From Azolla caroliniana (lineage: Eukaryota; Plantae; Polypodiophyta): 64,000 nt of DNA. Below the pieces are notes generated by a model. That model searched no databases. It was not told the origin of the DNA and worked only from the letters and a program-made list of their open reading frames with translations. This document shows, in pieces, positions 29,601 through 44,800 of the stretch; position 1 is the stretch's first letter, and every line of letters begins with the position of its first letter. The stretch covers positions 1 to 64,000 of the forward strand of contig JBHGNT010000006.1 of NCBI GenBank assembly GCA_043228905.1, in the 5' to 3' direction. The position numbers and the translations under genes are program-made.

Positions 29601-32600
29601 TCTTGATTTTTTAATTCTATATGATAGCTAGCGTTGTTAGCTTCGATTCGCATGTTTGAACACAAAAATCCGATATCACACGAGCCAGGTATGAATATTT
29701 TTATTTACCTACTAGCTCTTCTGAACTCACTCCACAAATTTGGTAATTACGTCATGTCTCTCGACCTGAGTTTCAAAATCTTGATTTTTTAATTCTATAT
29801 GATAGCTAGCGTTGTTAGCTTCGATTCGCATGTTTGAACACAAAAATCCGATATCACACGAGCCAGGTATAAACATTTTAATTTACCTACTAGCTCTTCT
29901 CAACTCAATCCTCAAATTTGGTAATTTCGTCATGTCTCTCGACCTGAGTTTCAAAATCTTGATTTTTTAATTCCATATCATAGCTAGCGTTGTTAGCTTC
30001 GATTCGCATGTTTGTACACAAAAATCCGATATCACACGAGCCAGGTATGAACATTATTATTTACTCAAGGGCTCCTCTCAACTCAATGCTCAAATTTGGT
30101 AATTTCGTCATGTCTCTCGACCTGAGTTTCAAAATCTTGATTTTTTAATTCCATATCATAGCTAGCGTTGTTAGCTTCGATTTGCATGTTTGAACACAAA
30201 AACCCGATATCACACGAGCCAGGTATGAACATTTTAATTTAGTCAAGCGCTCCTCTCAACTCACTCCTCAAATTTGGTAATTACGTCATGTCTCTCGACC
30301 TGAGTTTCAAAATCTTGATTTTTTAATTCCATATCATAGCTAGCGTTGTTAGCTTCGATTTGCATGTTTGAACACAAAAACCCGATATCACACGAGCCAG
30401 GTATGAACATTTGAATTTAGTCAAGCGCTCCTCTCAACTCACTCCTCAAATTTGGTAATTACGTCATGTCTCTCGACCTGAGTTTCAAAATCTTGATTTT
30501 TTCATTCTATATGATAGCTAGCGTTGTTAGCTTCGATTCGCATGTTTGAACATAAGAATCCGATATCACACGAGCCAGGTATGAACATTTTTATTTACCT
30601 ACTAGCTCTTCTCAACTCAATGCTCAAATTTGGTAATTTCGTCATGTCTCTCGACCTTAGTTTCAAAATCTTGATTTTTTAATTCCATATCATAGCTAGC
30701 GTTGTTAGCTTCGATTCGCATGTTTGAACACAAATATCCGATATCACACGAGCCAGGTATGAACATTTTAATTTACTCAAGGGCTCCTCTCAACTCACTC
30801 TTCAAATTTGGTAATTACGTCATGTCTCTCGACCTGAGTTTCAAAATCTTGATTTTTTAATTCTATATGATAGTTAGCGTTGTTAGCTTCGATTCGCATG
30901 TTTGAACACAAAAATCCGATATCACACGAGCCAGGTATGAACATTTTAATTTACCTACTAGCTCTTCTCAACTCACTCCTCAAATTTGGTAATTACGTCA
31001 TGTCTCTCGACCTGAGTTTCAAAATCTTGATTTTTTAATTCTATATGATAGCTAGCGTTGTTAGCTTCGATTCGCATGTTTGAACACAAAAATCCGATAT
31101 CACACGAGCCAGGTATAAACATTTTAATTTACCTACTAGCTCTTCTCAACTCAATCCTCAAATTTGGTAATTTCGTCATGTCTCTCGACCTGAGTTTCAA
31201 AATCTTGATTTTTTAATTCCATATCATAGCTAGCGTTGTTAGCTTCGATTCGCATGTTTGAACATAAAAATCCGATATCACACGAGCCAGGTATGAACAT
31301 TTTTATTTACCTACTAGCTCTTCTCAACTCAATGCTCAAATTTGGTAATTTCGTCATGTCTCTCGACCTGAGTTTCAAAATCTTGATTTTTTAATTCTAT
31401 ATGATAGCTAGCATTGTTAGCTTCGATTCGCATGTTTGAACACAAAAATCCGATATCACACGAGCCAGGTATGAACATTTTAATTTACCTACTAGCTCTT
31501 CTCAACTCAATCCTCAAATCTCGTAATTTCGTCATGTCTCTCGACCTGAGTTTCAAAATCTTGATTTTTTAATTCCATATCATAGCTAGCGTTGTTAGCT
31601 TCGATTCGCATGTTTGTACACAAAAATCCGATATCACACGAGCCAGGTATGAACATTTTTATTTACCTACTAGCTCTTCTCAACTCAATGCTCAAATTTG
31701 GTAATTTCGTCATGTCTCTCGGCCTGACTTTCAAAATCTTGATTTTTTAATTCCATGTCATAGCTAGCGTTGTTAGCTTCGATTCGCATGTTTGTACACA
31801 GAAATCCGATATCACACGAGCCAGGTATGAACATTTTTATTTACCTAGTAGCTCTTCTCAACTCACTCCTCAAATTTGGTAATTACGTCATGTCTCTCGA
31901 GCTGAGTTTCAAAATCTTGATTTTTTAATTCTATATGATAGCTAGCATTGTTAGCTTCGATTCGCATGTTTGAATACAAAAATCCGATATCACACGAGCC
32001 AGGTACGAACATTTTAATTTACTCAAGGGCTCCTCTCAACTCACTCCTGAAATTTGGTAATTACGTCATGTCTCTCAACCTGAGTTTCAAAATCTTGATT
32101 TTTTAATTCTATATGATAGCTAGCGTTGTTAGCTTCGATTCGCATGTTTGAACACAAAAATCCGATATCACACGAGCCAGGTATGAATATTTTTATTTAC
32201 CTACTAGCTCTTCTGAACTCACTCCACAAATTTGGTAATTACGTCATGTCTCTCGACCTGAGTTTCAAAATCTTGATTTTTTAATTCTATATGATAGCTA
32301 GCGTTGTTAGCTTCGATTCGCATGTTTGAACACAAAAATCCGATATCACACGAGCCAGGTATAAACATTTTAATTTACCTACTAGCTCTTCTCAACTCAA
32401 TCCTCAAATTTGGTAATTTCGTCATGTCTCTCGACCTGAGTTTCAAAATCTTGATTTTTTAATTCCATATCATAGCTAGCGTTGTTAGCTTCGATTCGCA
32501 TGTTTGTACACAAAAATCCGATATCACACGAGCCAGGTATGAACATTATTATTTACTCAAGGGCTCCTCTCAACTCAATGCTCAAATTTGGTAATTTCGT

Positions 32601-33460
32601 CATGTCTCTCGACCTGAGTTTCAAAATCTTGATTTTTTAATTCCATATCATAGCTAGCGTTGTTAGCTTCGATTTGCATGTTTGAACACAAAAACCCGAT
32701 ATCACACGAGCCAGGTATGAACATTTTAATTTAGTCAAGCGCTCCTCTCAACTCACTCCTCAAATTTGGTAATTACGTCATGTCTCTCGACCTGAGTTTC
32801 AAAATCTTGATTTTTTAATTCCATATCATAGCTAGCGTTGTTAGCTTCGATTTGCATGTTTGAACACAAAAACCCGATATCACACGAGCCAGGTATGAAC
32901 ATTTGAATTTAGTCAAGCGCTCCTCTCAACTCACTCCTCAAATTTGGTAATTACGTCATGTCTCTCGACCTGAGTTTCAAAATCTTGATTTTTTCATTCT
33001 ATATGATAGCTAGCGTTGTTAGCTTCGATTCGCATGTTTGAACATAAGAATCCGATATCACACGAGCCAGGTATGAACATTTTTATTTACCTACTAGCTC
33101 TTCTCAACTCAATGCTCAAATTTGGTAATTTCGTCATGTCTCTCGACCTTAGTTTCAAAATCTTGATTTTTTAATTCCATATCATAGCTAGCGTTGTTAG
33201 CTTCGATTCGCATGTTTGAACACAAATATCCGATATCACACGAGCCAGGTATGAACATTTTAATTTACTCAAGGGCTCCTCTCAACTCACTCTTCAAATT
33301 TGGTAATTACGTCATGTCTCTCGACCTGAGTTTCAAAATCTTGATTTTTTAATTCTATATGATAGTTAGCGTTGTTAGCTTCGATTCGCATGTTTGAACA
33401 CAAAAATCCGATATCACACGAGCCAGGTATGAACATTTTAATTTACCTACTAGCTCTTCT
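26070..33460. repeat. 14-mer higher-order repeat (2492 bp), ~3 tandem copies
   Basis: The GAATATTTTT marker has ATATTT at 27203, 29695 and 32187 (spacing 2492). The GATAGTTAGC variant recurs near 28380, 30872 and 33364. Confidence 0.92.
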
Positions 33461-35814
33461 TAACTCAATCCTCAAATTTGGTAATTTCGTCATGTCTCTC
33501 GGCCTGAGTTTCAAAATCTTGATTTTTTAATTCCATGTCATAGCTAGCGTTGTTAGCTTCGATTCGCATGTTTGAACACAAAAATCCGATATCACACGAG
33601 CCAGGTATGAACATTTTAATTTACCTACTAGGTCTTCTTAACTCAATCCTCAAATTTGGTAATTTCGTCATGTCTCTCGGCCTGACTTTCAAAATCTTGA
33701 TTTTTTAATTCCATGTCATAGCTAGCGTTGTTAGCTTCGATTCGCATGTTTGTACACAGAAATCCGATATCACACGAGCCAGGTATGAACATTTTTATTT
33801 ACCTACTAGCTCTTCTGAACTCACTCCACAAATTTGGTAATTACGTCATGTCTCTCGAGCTGAGTTTCAAAATCTTGATTTTTTAATTCTATATGATAGC
33901 TAGTATTGTTAGCTTCGATTCGCATGTTTGAATACAAAAATCCGATATCACACGAGCCAGGTACGAACATTTTAATTTACTCAAGGGCTCCTCTCAACTC
34001 ACTCCTGAAATTTGGTAATTACGTCATGTCTCTCAACCTGAGTTTCAAAATCTTGATTTTTTAATTCTATATGATAGCTAGCGTTGTTAGCTTCGATTTG
34101 CATGTTTGAACATAAAAATCCGATATCACACGAGCCAGGTATGAACATTTTTATTTACCTACTAGCTCTTCTCAACTCAATCCTCAAATTTGGTAATTTC
34201 GTCATGTCTCTCGACCTGAGTTTCAAAATCTTGATTTTTTAATTCTATATGATAGCTAGCGTTGTTAGCTTCGATTCGCATGTTTGAACACAAAAATCCG
34301 ATATCACACGAGCCAGGTATAAACATTTTAATTTACCTACTAGCTCTTCTCAACTCAATCCTCAAATTTGATAATTTCGTCATGTCTCTCGACCTGAGTT
34401 TCAAAATCTTGATTTTTTAATTCCATATCATAGCTAGCGTTGTTAGCTTCGATTCGCATGTTTGTACACAAAAATCCGATATCACACGAGCCAGGTATGA
34501 ACATTTTTATTTACTCAAGGGCTCCTCTCAACTCACTCCTCAAATTTGGTAATTACGTCATGTCTCTCGACCTGAGTTTCAAAATCTTGATTTTTTAATT
34601 CCATATCATAGCTAGCGTTGTTAGCTTCGATTTGCATGTTTGAACACAAAAACCCGATATCACACGAGCCAGGTATGAACATTTTAATTTAGTCAAGCGC
34701 TCCTCTCAACTCACTGCTCAAATTTGGTAATTACGTCATGTCTCTCGACCTGAGTTTCAAAATCTTGATTTTTTAATTCTATATGATAGCTAGCGTTGTT
34801 AGATTCGATTTGCATGTTTGAACACAAAAACCCGATATCACACGAGCCAGGTATGAACATTTTAATTTAGTCAAGCGCTCCTCTCAACTCACTCCTCAAA
34901 TTTGGTAATTACGTCATGTCTCTCGACCTGAGTTTCAAAATCTTGATTTTTTAATTCTATATGATAGCTAGCGTTGTTAGCTTCGATTCGCATGTTTGAA
35001 CATAAGAATCCGATATCATACGAGCCAGGTATGAACATTTTAGTTTACCTACTAGCTCTTCTTAACTCAATCCTCAAATTTGGTAATTTCGTCATGTCTC
35101 TCGGCCTGAGTTTCAAAATCTTGATTTTTTAATTCCATGTCATAGCTAGCGTTGTTAGCTTCGATTCGCATGTTTGTACACAGAAATCCGATATCACACG
35201 AGCCAGGTATGAACATTTTTATTTACCTACTAGCTCTTCTGAACTCACTCCACAAATTTGGTAATTACGTCATGTCTCTCGAGCTGAGTTTCAAAATGTT
35301 GATTTTTTAATTCTATATGATAGCTAGCATTGTTAGCTTCGATTCGCATGTTTGAATACAAAAATCCGATATCACACGAGCCAGGTATGAACATTTTAAT
35401 TTACTCAAGGACTCCTCTCAACTGACTCCTCAAATTTGGTAATTACGTCATGTCTCTCGACTTGAGTTTCAAAATCTTGATTTTTTAATTCCATATCATA
35501 GCTAGCGTTGTTAGCTTCGATTTGCATGTTTGAACACAAATATCCGATATCACACGAGCCAGGTATGAACATTTTAATTTACTCAAGCGCTCCTCTCAAC
35601 TCACTCCTCAAATTTGGTAATTACGTCATGTCTCTCGACCTGAGTTTCAAAATCTTGATGTTTTAATTCCATATCATAGCTAGCGTTGTTAGCTTCGATT
35701 CGCATGTTTAAACACAAAAATCCGATATCACACGAGCCAGGTATGAACATTTTTATTTACCTACTAGCTCTTCTCAACTAACTCCTCAAATTTGGTAATT
35801 TCGTCATGTCTATC

Positions 35815-38800
35815 GACCTGAGTTTCAAAATCTTGATTTTTTAATTCCATATCATAGCTAGCGTTGTTAGCTTCGATTCGCATGTTTGAACACAAATATC
35901 CGATATCACACGAGCCAGGTATGAACATTTTTATTTACCTACTAGCTCTTCTCAACTCACTCCTCAAATTTGGTAATTACGTCATGTCTCTCGACCTGAG
36001 TTTCAAAATCTTGATTTTTTAATTCTATATGATAGCTAGCATTGTTAGCTTCGATTCGCATGTTTGAATACAAAAATCCGATATCACACGAGCCAGGTAT
36101 GAACATTTTAATTTACTCAAGGACTCCTCTCAACTGACTCCTCAAATTTGGTAATTACGTCATGTCTCTCGACCTGAGTTTCAAAATCTTGATTCTTTAA
36201 TTCCATATCATAGCTAGCGTTGTTAGCTTCGATTTGCATGTTTGAACACAAATATCCGATATCACACGAGCCAGGTATGAACATTTTAATTTACTCAAGC
36301 GCTCCTCTCAACTGACTCCTCAAATTTGGTAATTACGTCATGTCTCTCGACCTGAGTTTCAAAATCTTGATTTTTTAATTCTATATCATAGCTAGCGTTG
36401 TTAGCTTTGATTCGCATGTTTAAACACAAAAATCCGATATCACACGAGCCAGGTATGAACATTTTAATTTACCTACTAGCTCTTCTCAACTAACTCCTCA
36501 AATTTGGTAATTTCGTCATGTCTATCGACCTGAGTTTCAAAATCTTGATTTTTTAATTCCATATCATAGCTAGCGTTGTTAGCTTCGATTCGCATGTTTG
36601 TACACAAAAATCCGATATCACACGAGCCAGGTATGAACATTTTTATTTACCTACTAGCTCTTCTTAACTCACTACTCAAATTTGGTAATTTCTTCATGTC
36701 TCTCGACATGAGTTTCAAAATGTTGATTTTTTTATTCCATATCATAGCTATTGTTGTTAGCTTCGATTCGCATGTTTGAACACAAAAATCCGATATCACA
36801 CGAGCCAGGTATGAACATTTTAATTTACTTAAGGGCTCCTCTCAACTCACTCCTCAAATTTGGTAATTACGTCATGTCTCTCGACCTGAGTTTCAAAATC
36901 TTGATTTTTTAATTCTATATGATAGCTAGCGTTGTTAGCTTCGATTCGCATGTTTGAACACAAAAATCCGATATCACACGAGCCAGGTATGAACATTTTA
37001 ATTTACCTACTAGCTCTTCTCAACTCAATCCTCAAATTTGGTAATTTCGTCATGTCTCTCGACCTGAGTTTCAAAATCTTGATTTTTTAATTCCATATCA
37101 TAGCTAGCGTTGTTAGCTTCGATTCGCATGTTTGTACACAAAAATCTGATATCACACGAGCCAGGTATGAACATTTTAATTTACCTACTAGCTCTTCTCA
37201 ACTCACTCCTCAAATTTGGTAATTACGTCATGTCTCTCGAGCTGATTTTCAAAATCTTGATTTTTTAATTCTATATGATAGCTAGCATTGTTAGCTTCCA
37301 TTCGCATGTTTGAATACAAAAATCCGATATCACACGAGCCAGGTATGAACATTTTAATTTACTCAAGGACTCCTCTCAACTGACTCCTCAAATTTGGTAA
37401 TTTCGTCATGTCTCTCGACCTGAGTTTCAGAATCTTGATTTTTTAATTCCATATCATAGCTAGCGTTGTTAGCTTCGATTCGCATGTTTGAATATAAAAA
37501 TCCGATGTCACACGAGCCAGGTATGAACATTTTAATTTACCTACTAGCTCTTCTCAACTCACTCCTCAAATTTGGTAATTTTGTCATGTCTCTCGACCTG
37601 AGTTTCAGAATCTTGATTTTTTAATTCCATATCATAGCTAGCGTTGTTAGCTTCGATTCGCATGTTTGAACACAAAAATCCGATATCACACGAGCCAGGT
37701 ATGAACATTTTAATTTACCTACTAGCTCTTCTCAACTCACTCCTCAAATTTGGTAATTTCTTCATGTCTCTCGACCTGAGTTTCAAAATGTTGATTTTCT
37801 TATTCCATATCATAGCTAGCGTTGTTAGCTTCGATTCGCATGTTTGAACACAAAAATCCGATATCACACGAGCCAGGTATGAACAATTGAATTTACTTAA
37901 GGGCTCCTCTCAACTCACTCCTCAAATTTGGTAATTACGTCATGTCTCTCGACCTGAGTTTCAAAATCTTGATTTTTTAATTCCATATCATAGCTAGCGT
38001 TGTTAGCTTCGATTCGCATGTTTGAATACAAAAATCCGATATCACACGAGCCAGGTACGAACATTTTAATTTACTCAAGGGCTCCTCTCAACTCACTCCT
38101 GAAATTTGGTAATTACGTCATGTCTCTCAACCTGAGTTTCAAAATCTTGATTTTTTAATTCTATATCATAGCTATTGTTGTTAGCTTCGATTCGCATGTT
38201 TGAACACAAAAATCCGATATCACACGAGCCAGGTATGAACATTTTAATTTACTTAAGGGCTCCTCTCAACTCACTCCTCAAATTTGGTAATTACGTCATG
38301 TCTCTCGACCTGAGTTTCAAAATCTTGATTTTTTAATTCTATATGATAGCTAGCGTTGTTAGCTTCGATTCGCATGTTTGAACACAAAAATCCGATATCA
38401 CACGAGCCAGGTATGAACATTTTAATTTACCTACTAGCTCTTCTCAACTCAATCCTCAAATTTGGTAATTTCGTCATGTCTCTCGACCTGAGTTTCAAAA
38501 TCTTGATTTTTTAATTCCATATCATAGCTAGCGTTGTTAGCTTCGATTCGCATGTTTGTACACAAAAATCTGATATCACACGAGCCAGGTATGAACATTT
38601 TAATTTACCTACTAGCTCTTCTCAACTCACTCCTCAAATTTGGTAATTACGTCATGTCTCTCGAGCTGATTTTCAAAATCTTGATTTTTTAATTCTATAT
38701 GATAGCTAGCATTGTTAGCTTCCATTCGCATGTTTGAATACAAAAATCCGATATCACACGAGCCAGGTATGAACATTTTAATTTACTCAAGGACTCCTCT

Positions 38801-41800
38801 CAACTGACTCCTCAAATTTGGTAATTTCGTCATGTCTCTCGACCTGAGTTTCAGAATCTTGATTTTTTAATTCCATATCATAGCTAGCGTTGTTAGCTTC
38901 GATTCGCATGTTTGAATATAAAAATCCGATGTCACACGAGCCAGGTATGAACATTTTAATTTACCTACTAGCTCTTCTCAACTCACTCCTCAAATTTGGT
39001 AATTTTGTCATGTCTCTCGACCTGAGTTTCAGAATCTTGATTTTTTAATTCCATATCATAGCTAGCGTTGTTAGCTTCGATTCGCATGTTTGAACACAAA
39101 AATCCGATATCACACGAGCCAGGTATGAACATTTTAATTTACCTACTAGCTCTTCTCAACTCACTCCTCAAATTTGGTAATTTCTTCATGTCTCTCGACC
39201 TGAGTTTCAAAATGTTGATTTTCTTATTCCATATCATAGCTAGCGTTGTTAGCTTCGATTCGCATGTTTGAACACAAAAATCCGATATCACACGAGCCAG
39301 GTATGAACAATTGAATTTACTTAAGGGCTCCTCTCAACTCACTCCTCAAATTTGGTAATTACGTCATGTCTCTCGACCTGAGTTTCAAAATCTTGATTTT
39401 TTAATTCTATATGATAGCTAGCGTTGTTAGCTTCGATTTGCATGTTTGAACATAAAAATCCGATATCACACGAGCCAGGTATGAACATTTTAATTTACCT
39501 ACTAGCTCTTCTCAACTCAATCCTCAAATTTGGTAATTTCGTCATGTCTCTCGACCTGAGTTTCAAAATCTTGATTTTTTAATTCCATATCATAGCTAGC
39601 GTTGTTAGCTTCGATTCGCATGTTTGAACACAAAAATCCGATATCACACGAGCCAGATATGAACATTTTAATTTACCTACTAGGTCTTCTTAACTCAATC
39701 CTCAAATTTGGTAATTTCGTCATGTCTCTCGGCCTGACTTTCAAAATCTTGATTTTTTAATTCCATGTCATAGCTAGCGTTGTTAGCTTCGATTCGCATG
39801 TTTGTACACAGAAATCCGATATCACACGAGCCAGGTATGAACATTTTTATTTACCTACTAGCTCTTCTGAACTCACTCCACAAATTTGGTAATTACGTCA
39901 TGTCTCTCGAGCTGAGTTTCAAAATCTTGATTTTTTAATTCTATATGATAGCTAGTATTGTTAGCTTCGATTCGCATGTTTGAATACAAAAATCCGATAT
40001 CACACGAGCCAGGTACGAACATTTTAATTTACTCAAGGGCTCCTCTCAACTCACTCCTGAAATTTGGTAATTACGTCATGTCTCTCAACCTGAGTTTCAA
40101 AATCTTGATTTTTTAATTCTATATGATAGCTAGCGTTGTTAGCTTCGATTTGCATGTTTGAACATAAAAATCCGATATCACACGAGCCAGGTATGAACAT
40201 TTTTATTTACCTACTAGCTCTTCTCAACTCAATCCTCAAATTTGGTAATTTCGTCATGTCTCTCGACCTGAGTTTCAAAATCTTGATTTTTTAATTCTAT
40301 ATGATAGCTAGCGTTGTTAGCTTCGATTCGCATGTTTGAACACAAAAATCCGATATCACACGAGCCAGGTATAAACATTTTAATTTACCTACTAGCTCTT
40401 CTCAACTCAATCCTCAAATTTGATAATTTCGTCATGTCTCTCGACCTGAGTTTCAAAATCTTGATTTTTTAATTCCATATCATAGCTAGCGTTGTTAGCT
40501 TCGATTCGCATGTTTGAACACAAATATCCGATATCACACGAGCCAGGTATGAACATTTTAATTTACCTACTAGCTCTTCTCAACTCACTCCTCAAATTTG
40601 GTAATTTCTTCATGTCTCTCGACCTGAGTTTCAAAATGTTGATTTTCTTATTCCATATCATAGCTAGCGTTGTTAGCTTCGATTCGCATGTTTGTACACA
40701 AAAATCCGATATCACACGAGCCAGGTATGAACATTTTAATTTAGTCAAGCGCTCCTCTCAACTCACTGCTCAAATTTGGTAATTACGTCATGTCTCTCGA
40801 CCTGAGTTTCAAAATCTTGATTTTTTAATTCTATATGATAGCTAGCGTTGTTAGATTCGATTTGCATGTTTGAACACAAAAACCCGATATCACACGAGCC
40901 AGGTATGAACATTTTAATTTAGTCAAGCGCTCCTCTCAACTCACTCCTCAAATTTGGTAATTACGTCATGTCTCTCGACCTGAGTTTCAAAATCTTGATT
41001 TTTTAATTCCATATCATAGCTAGCGTTGTTAGCTTCGATTCGCATGTTTGAACACAAATATCCGATATCACACGAGCCAGGTATGAACATTTTTATTTAC
41101 CTACTAGCTCTTCTCAACTCACTCCTCAAATTTGGTAATTACGTCATGTCTCTCGACCTGAGTTTCAAAATCTTGATTTTTTAATTCTATATGATAGCTA
41201 GCATTGTTAGCTTCGATTCGCATGTTTGAATACAAAAATCCGATATCACACGAGCCAGGTATGAACATTTTAATTTACTCAAGGACTCCTCTCAACTGAC
41301 TCCTCAAATTTGGTAATTACGTCATGTCTCTCGACCTGAGTTTCAAAATCTTGATTCTTTAATTCCATATCATAGCTAGCGTTGTTAGCTTCGATTTGCA
41401 TGTTTGAACACAAATATCCGATATCACACGAGCCAGGTATGAACATTTTAATTTACTCAAGCGCTCCTCTCAACTGACTCCTCAAATTTGGTAATTACGT
41501 CATGTCTCTCGACCTGAGTTTCAAAATCTTGATTTTTTAATTCTATATCATAGCTAGCGTTGTTAGCTTTGATTCGCATGTTTAAACACAAAAATCCGAT
41601 ATCACACGAGCCAGGTATGAACATTTTAATTTACCTACTAGCTCTTCTCAACTAACTCCTCAAATTTGGTAATTTCGTCATGTCTATCGACCTGAGTTTC
41701 AAAATCTTGATTTTTTAATTCCATATCATAGCTAGCGTTGTTAGCTTCGATTCGCATGTTTGTACACAAAAATCCGATATCACACGAGCCAGGTATGAAC

Positions 41801-44800
41801 ATTTTTATTTACCTACTAGCTCTTCTTAACTCACTACTCAAATTTGGTAATTTCTTCATGTCTCTCGACATGAGTTTCAAAATGTTGATTTTTTTATTCC
41901 ATATCATAGCTATTGTTGTTAGCTTCGATTCGCATGTTTGAACACAAAAATCCGATATCACACGAGCCAGGTATGAACATTTTAATTTACTTAAGGGCTC
42001 CTCTCAACTCACTCCTCAAATTTGGTAATTACGTCATGTCTCTCGACCTGAGTTTCAAAATCTTGATTTTTTAATTCTATATGATAGCTAGCGTTGTTAG
42101 CTTCGATTCGCATGTTTGAACACAAAAATCCGATATCACACGAGCCAGGTATGAACATTTTAATTTACCTACTAGCTCTTCTCAACTCAATCCTCAAATT
42201 TGGTAATTTCGTCATGTCTCTCGACCTGAGTTTCAAAATCTTGATTTTTTAATTCCATATCATAGCTAGCGTTGTTAGCTTCGATTCGCATGTTTGTACA
42301 CAAAAATCTGATATCACACGAGCCAGGTATGAACATTTTAATTTACCTACTAGCTCTTCTCAACTCACTCCTCAAATTTGGTAATTACGTCATGTCTCTC
42401 GAGCTGATTTTCAAAATCTTGATTTTTTAATTCTATATGATAGCTAGCATTGTTAGCTTCCATTCGCATGTTTGAATACAAAAATCCGATATCACACGAG
42501 CCAGGTATGAACATTTTAATTTACTCAAGGACTCCTCTCAACTGACTCCTCAAATTTGGTAATTTCGTCATGTCTCTCGACCTGAGTTTCAGAATCTTGA
42601 TTTTTTAATTCCATATCATAGCTAGCGTTGTTAGCTTCGATTCGCATGTTTGAATATAAAAATCCGATGTCACACGAGCCAGGTATGAACATTTTAATTT
42701 ACCTACTAGCTCTTCTCAACTCACTCCTCAAATTTGGTAATTTTGTCATGTCTCTCGACCTGAGTTTCAGAATCTTGATTTTTTAATTCCATATCATAGC
42801 TAGCGTTGTTAGCTTCGATTCGCATGTTTGAACACAAAAATCCGATATCACACGAGCCAGGTATGAACATTTTAATTTACCTACTAGCTCTTCTCAACTC
42901 ACTCCTCAAATTTGGTAATTTCTTCATGTCTCTCGACCTGAGTTTCAAAATGTTGATTTTCTTATTCCATATCATAGCTAGCGTTGTTAGCTTCGATTCG
43001 CATGTTTGAACACAAAAATCCGATATCACACGAGCCAGGTATGAACAATTGAATTTACTTAAGGGCTCCTCTCAACTCACTCCTCAAATTTGGTAATTAC
43101 GTCATGTCTCTCGACCTGAGTTTCAAAATCTTGATTTTTTAATTCCATATCATAGCTAGCGTTGTTAGCTTCGATTCGCATGTTTGAATACAAAAATCCG
43201 ATATCACACGAGCCAGGTACGAACATTTTAATTTACTCAAGGGCTCCTCTCAACTCACTCCTGAAATTTGGTAATTACGTCATGTCTCTCAACCTGAGTT
43301 TCAAAATCTTGATTTTTTAATTCTATATCATAGCTATTGTTGTTAGCTTCGATTCGCATGTTTGAACACAAAAATCCGATATCACACGAGCCAGGTATGA
43401 ACATTTTAATTTACTTAAGGGCTCCTCTCAACTCACTCCTCAAATTTGGTAATTACGTCATGTCTCTCGACCTGAGTTTCAAAATCTTGATTTTTTAATT
43501 CTATATGATAGCTAGCGTTGTTAGCTTCGATTCGCATGTTTGAACACAAAAATCCGATATCACACGAGCCAGGTATGAACATTTTAATTTACCTACTAGC
43601 TCTTCTCAACTCAATCCTCAAATTTGGTAATTTCGTCATGTCTCTCGACCTGAGTTTCAAAATCTTGATTTTTTAATTCCATATCATAGCTAGCGTTGTT
43701 AGCTTCGATTCGCATGTTTGTACACAAAAATCTGATATCACACGAGCCAGGTATGAACATTTTAATTTACCTACTAGCTCTTCTCAACTCACTCCTCAAA
43801 TTTGGTAATTACGTCATGTCTCTCGAGCTGATTTTCAAAATCTTGATTTTTTAATTCTATATGATAGCTAGCATTGTTAGCTTCCATTCGCATGTTTGAA
43901 TACAAAAATCCGATATCACACGAGCCAGGTATGAACATTTTAATTTACTCAAGGACTCCTCTCAACTGACTCCTCAAATTTGGTAATTTCGTCATGTCTC
44001 TCGACCTGAGTTTCAGAATCTTGATTTTTTAATTCCATATCATAGCTAGCGTTGTTAGCTTCGATTCGCATGTTTGAATATAAAAATCCGATGTCACACG
44101 AGCCAGGTATGAACATTTTAATTTACCTACTAGCTCTTCTCAACTCACTCCTCAAATTTGGTAATTTTGTCATGTCTCTCGACCTGAGTTTCAGAATCTT
44201 GATTTTTTAATTCCATATCATAGCTAGCGTTGTTAGCTTCGATTCGCATGTTTGAACACAAAAATCCGATATCACACGAGCCAGGTATGAACATTTTAAT
44301 TTACCTACTAGCTCTTCTCAACTCACTCCTCAAATTTGGTAATTTCTTCATGTCTCTCGACCTGAGTTTCAAAATGTTGATTTTCTTATTCCATATCATA
44401 GCTAGCGTTGTTAGCTTCGATTCGCATGTTTGAACACAAAAATCCGATATCACACGAGCCAGGTATGAACAATTGAATTTACTTAAGGGCTCCTCTCAAC
44501 TCACTCCTCAAATTTGGTAATTACGTCATGTCTCTCGACCTGAGTTTCAAAATCTTGATTTTTTAATTCTATATGATAGCTAGCGTTGTTAGCTTCGATT
44601 TGCATGTTTGAACATAAAAATCCGATATCACACGAGCCAGGTATGAACATTTTAATTTACCTACTAGCTCTTCTCAACTCAATCCTCAAATTTGGTAATT
44701 TCGTCATGTCTCTCGACCTGAGTTTCAAAATCTTGATTTTTTAATTCCATATCATAGCTAGCGTTGTTAGCTTCGATTCGCATGTTTGAACACAAAAATC

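Larger units (their letters stand above)
5040..30680. repeat. Large 52-monomer-offset segmental duplication (copy 1 ~5040-13950; copy 2 from ~14300, internally expanded)
   Basis: The private variant TTAGCATCGATT has GCATC at 5076 and 14332, AAATCTATATG is at 5761 and 15017, and the identical ORF-track hit is at 6850 and 16106. All offsets are 9256 = 52x178. Later markers are offset 16732 = 94x178 = (52+2x21)x178, e.g. 10471 vs 27203. Confidence 0.88.
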
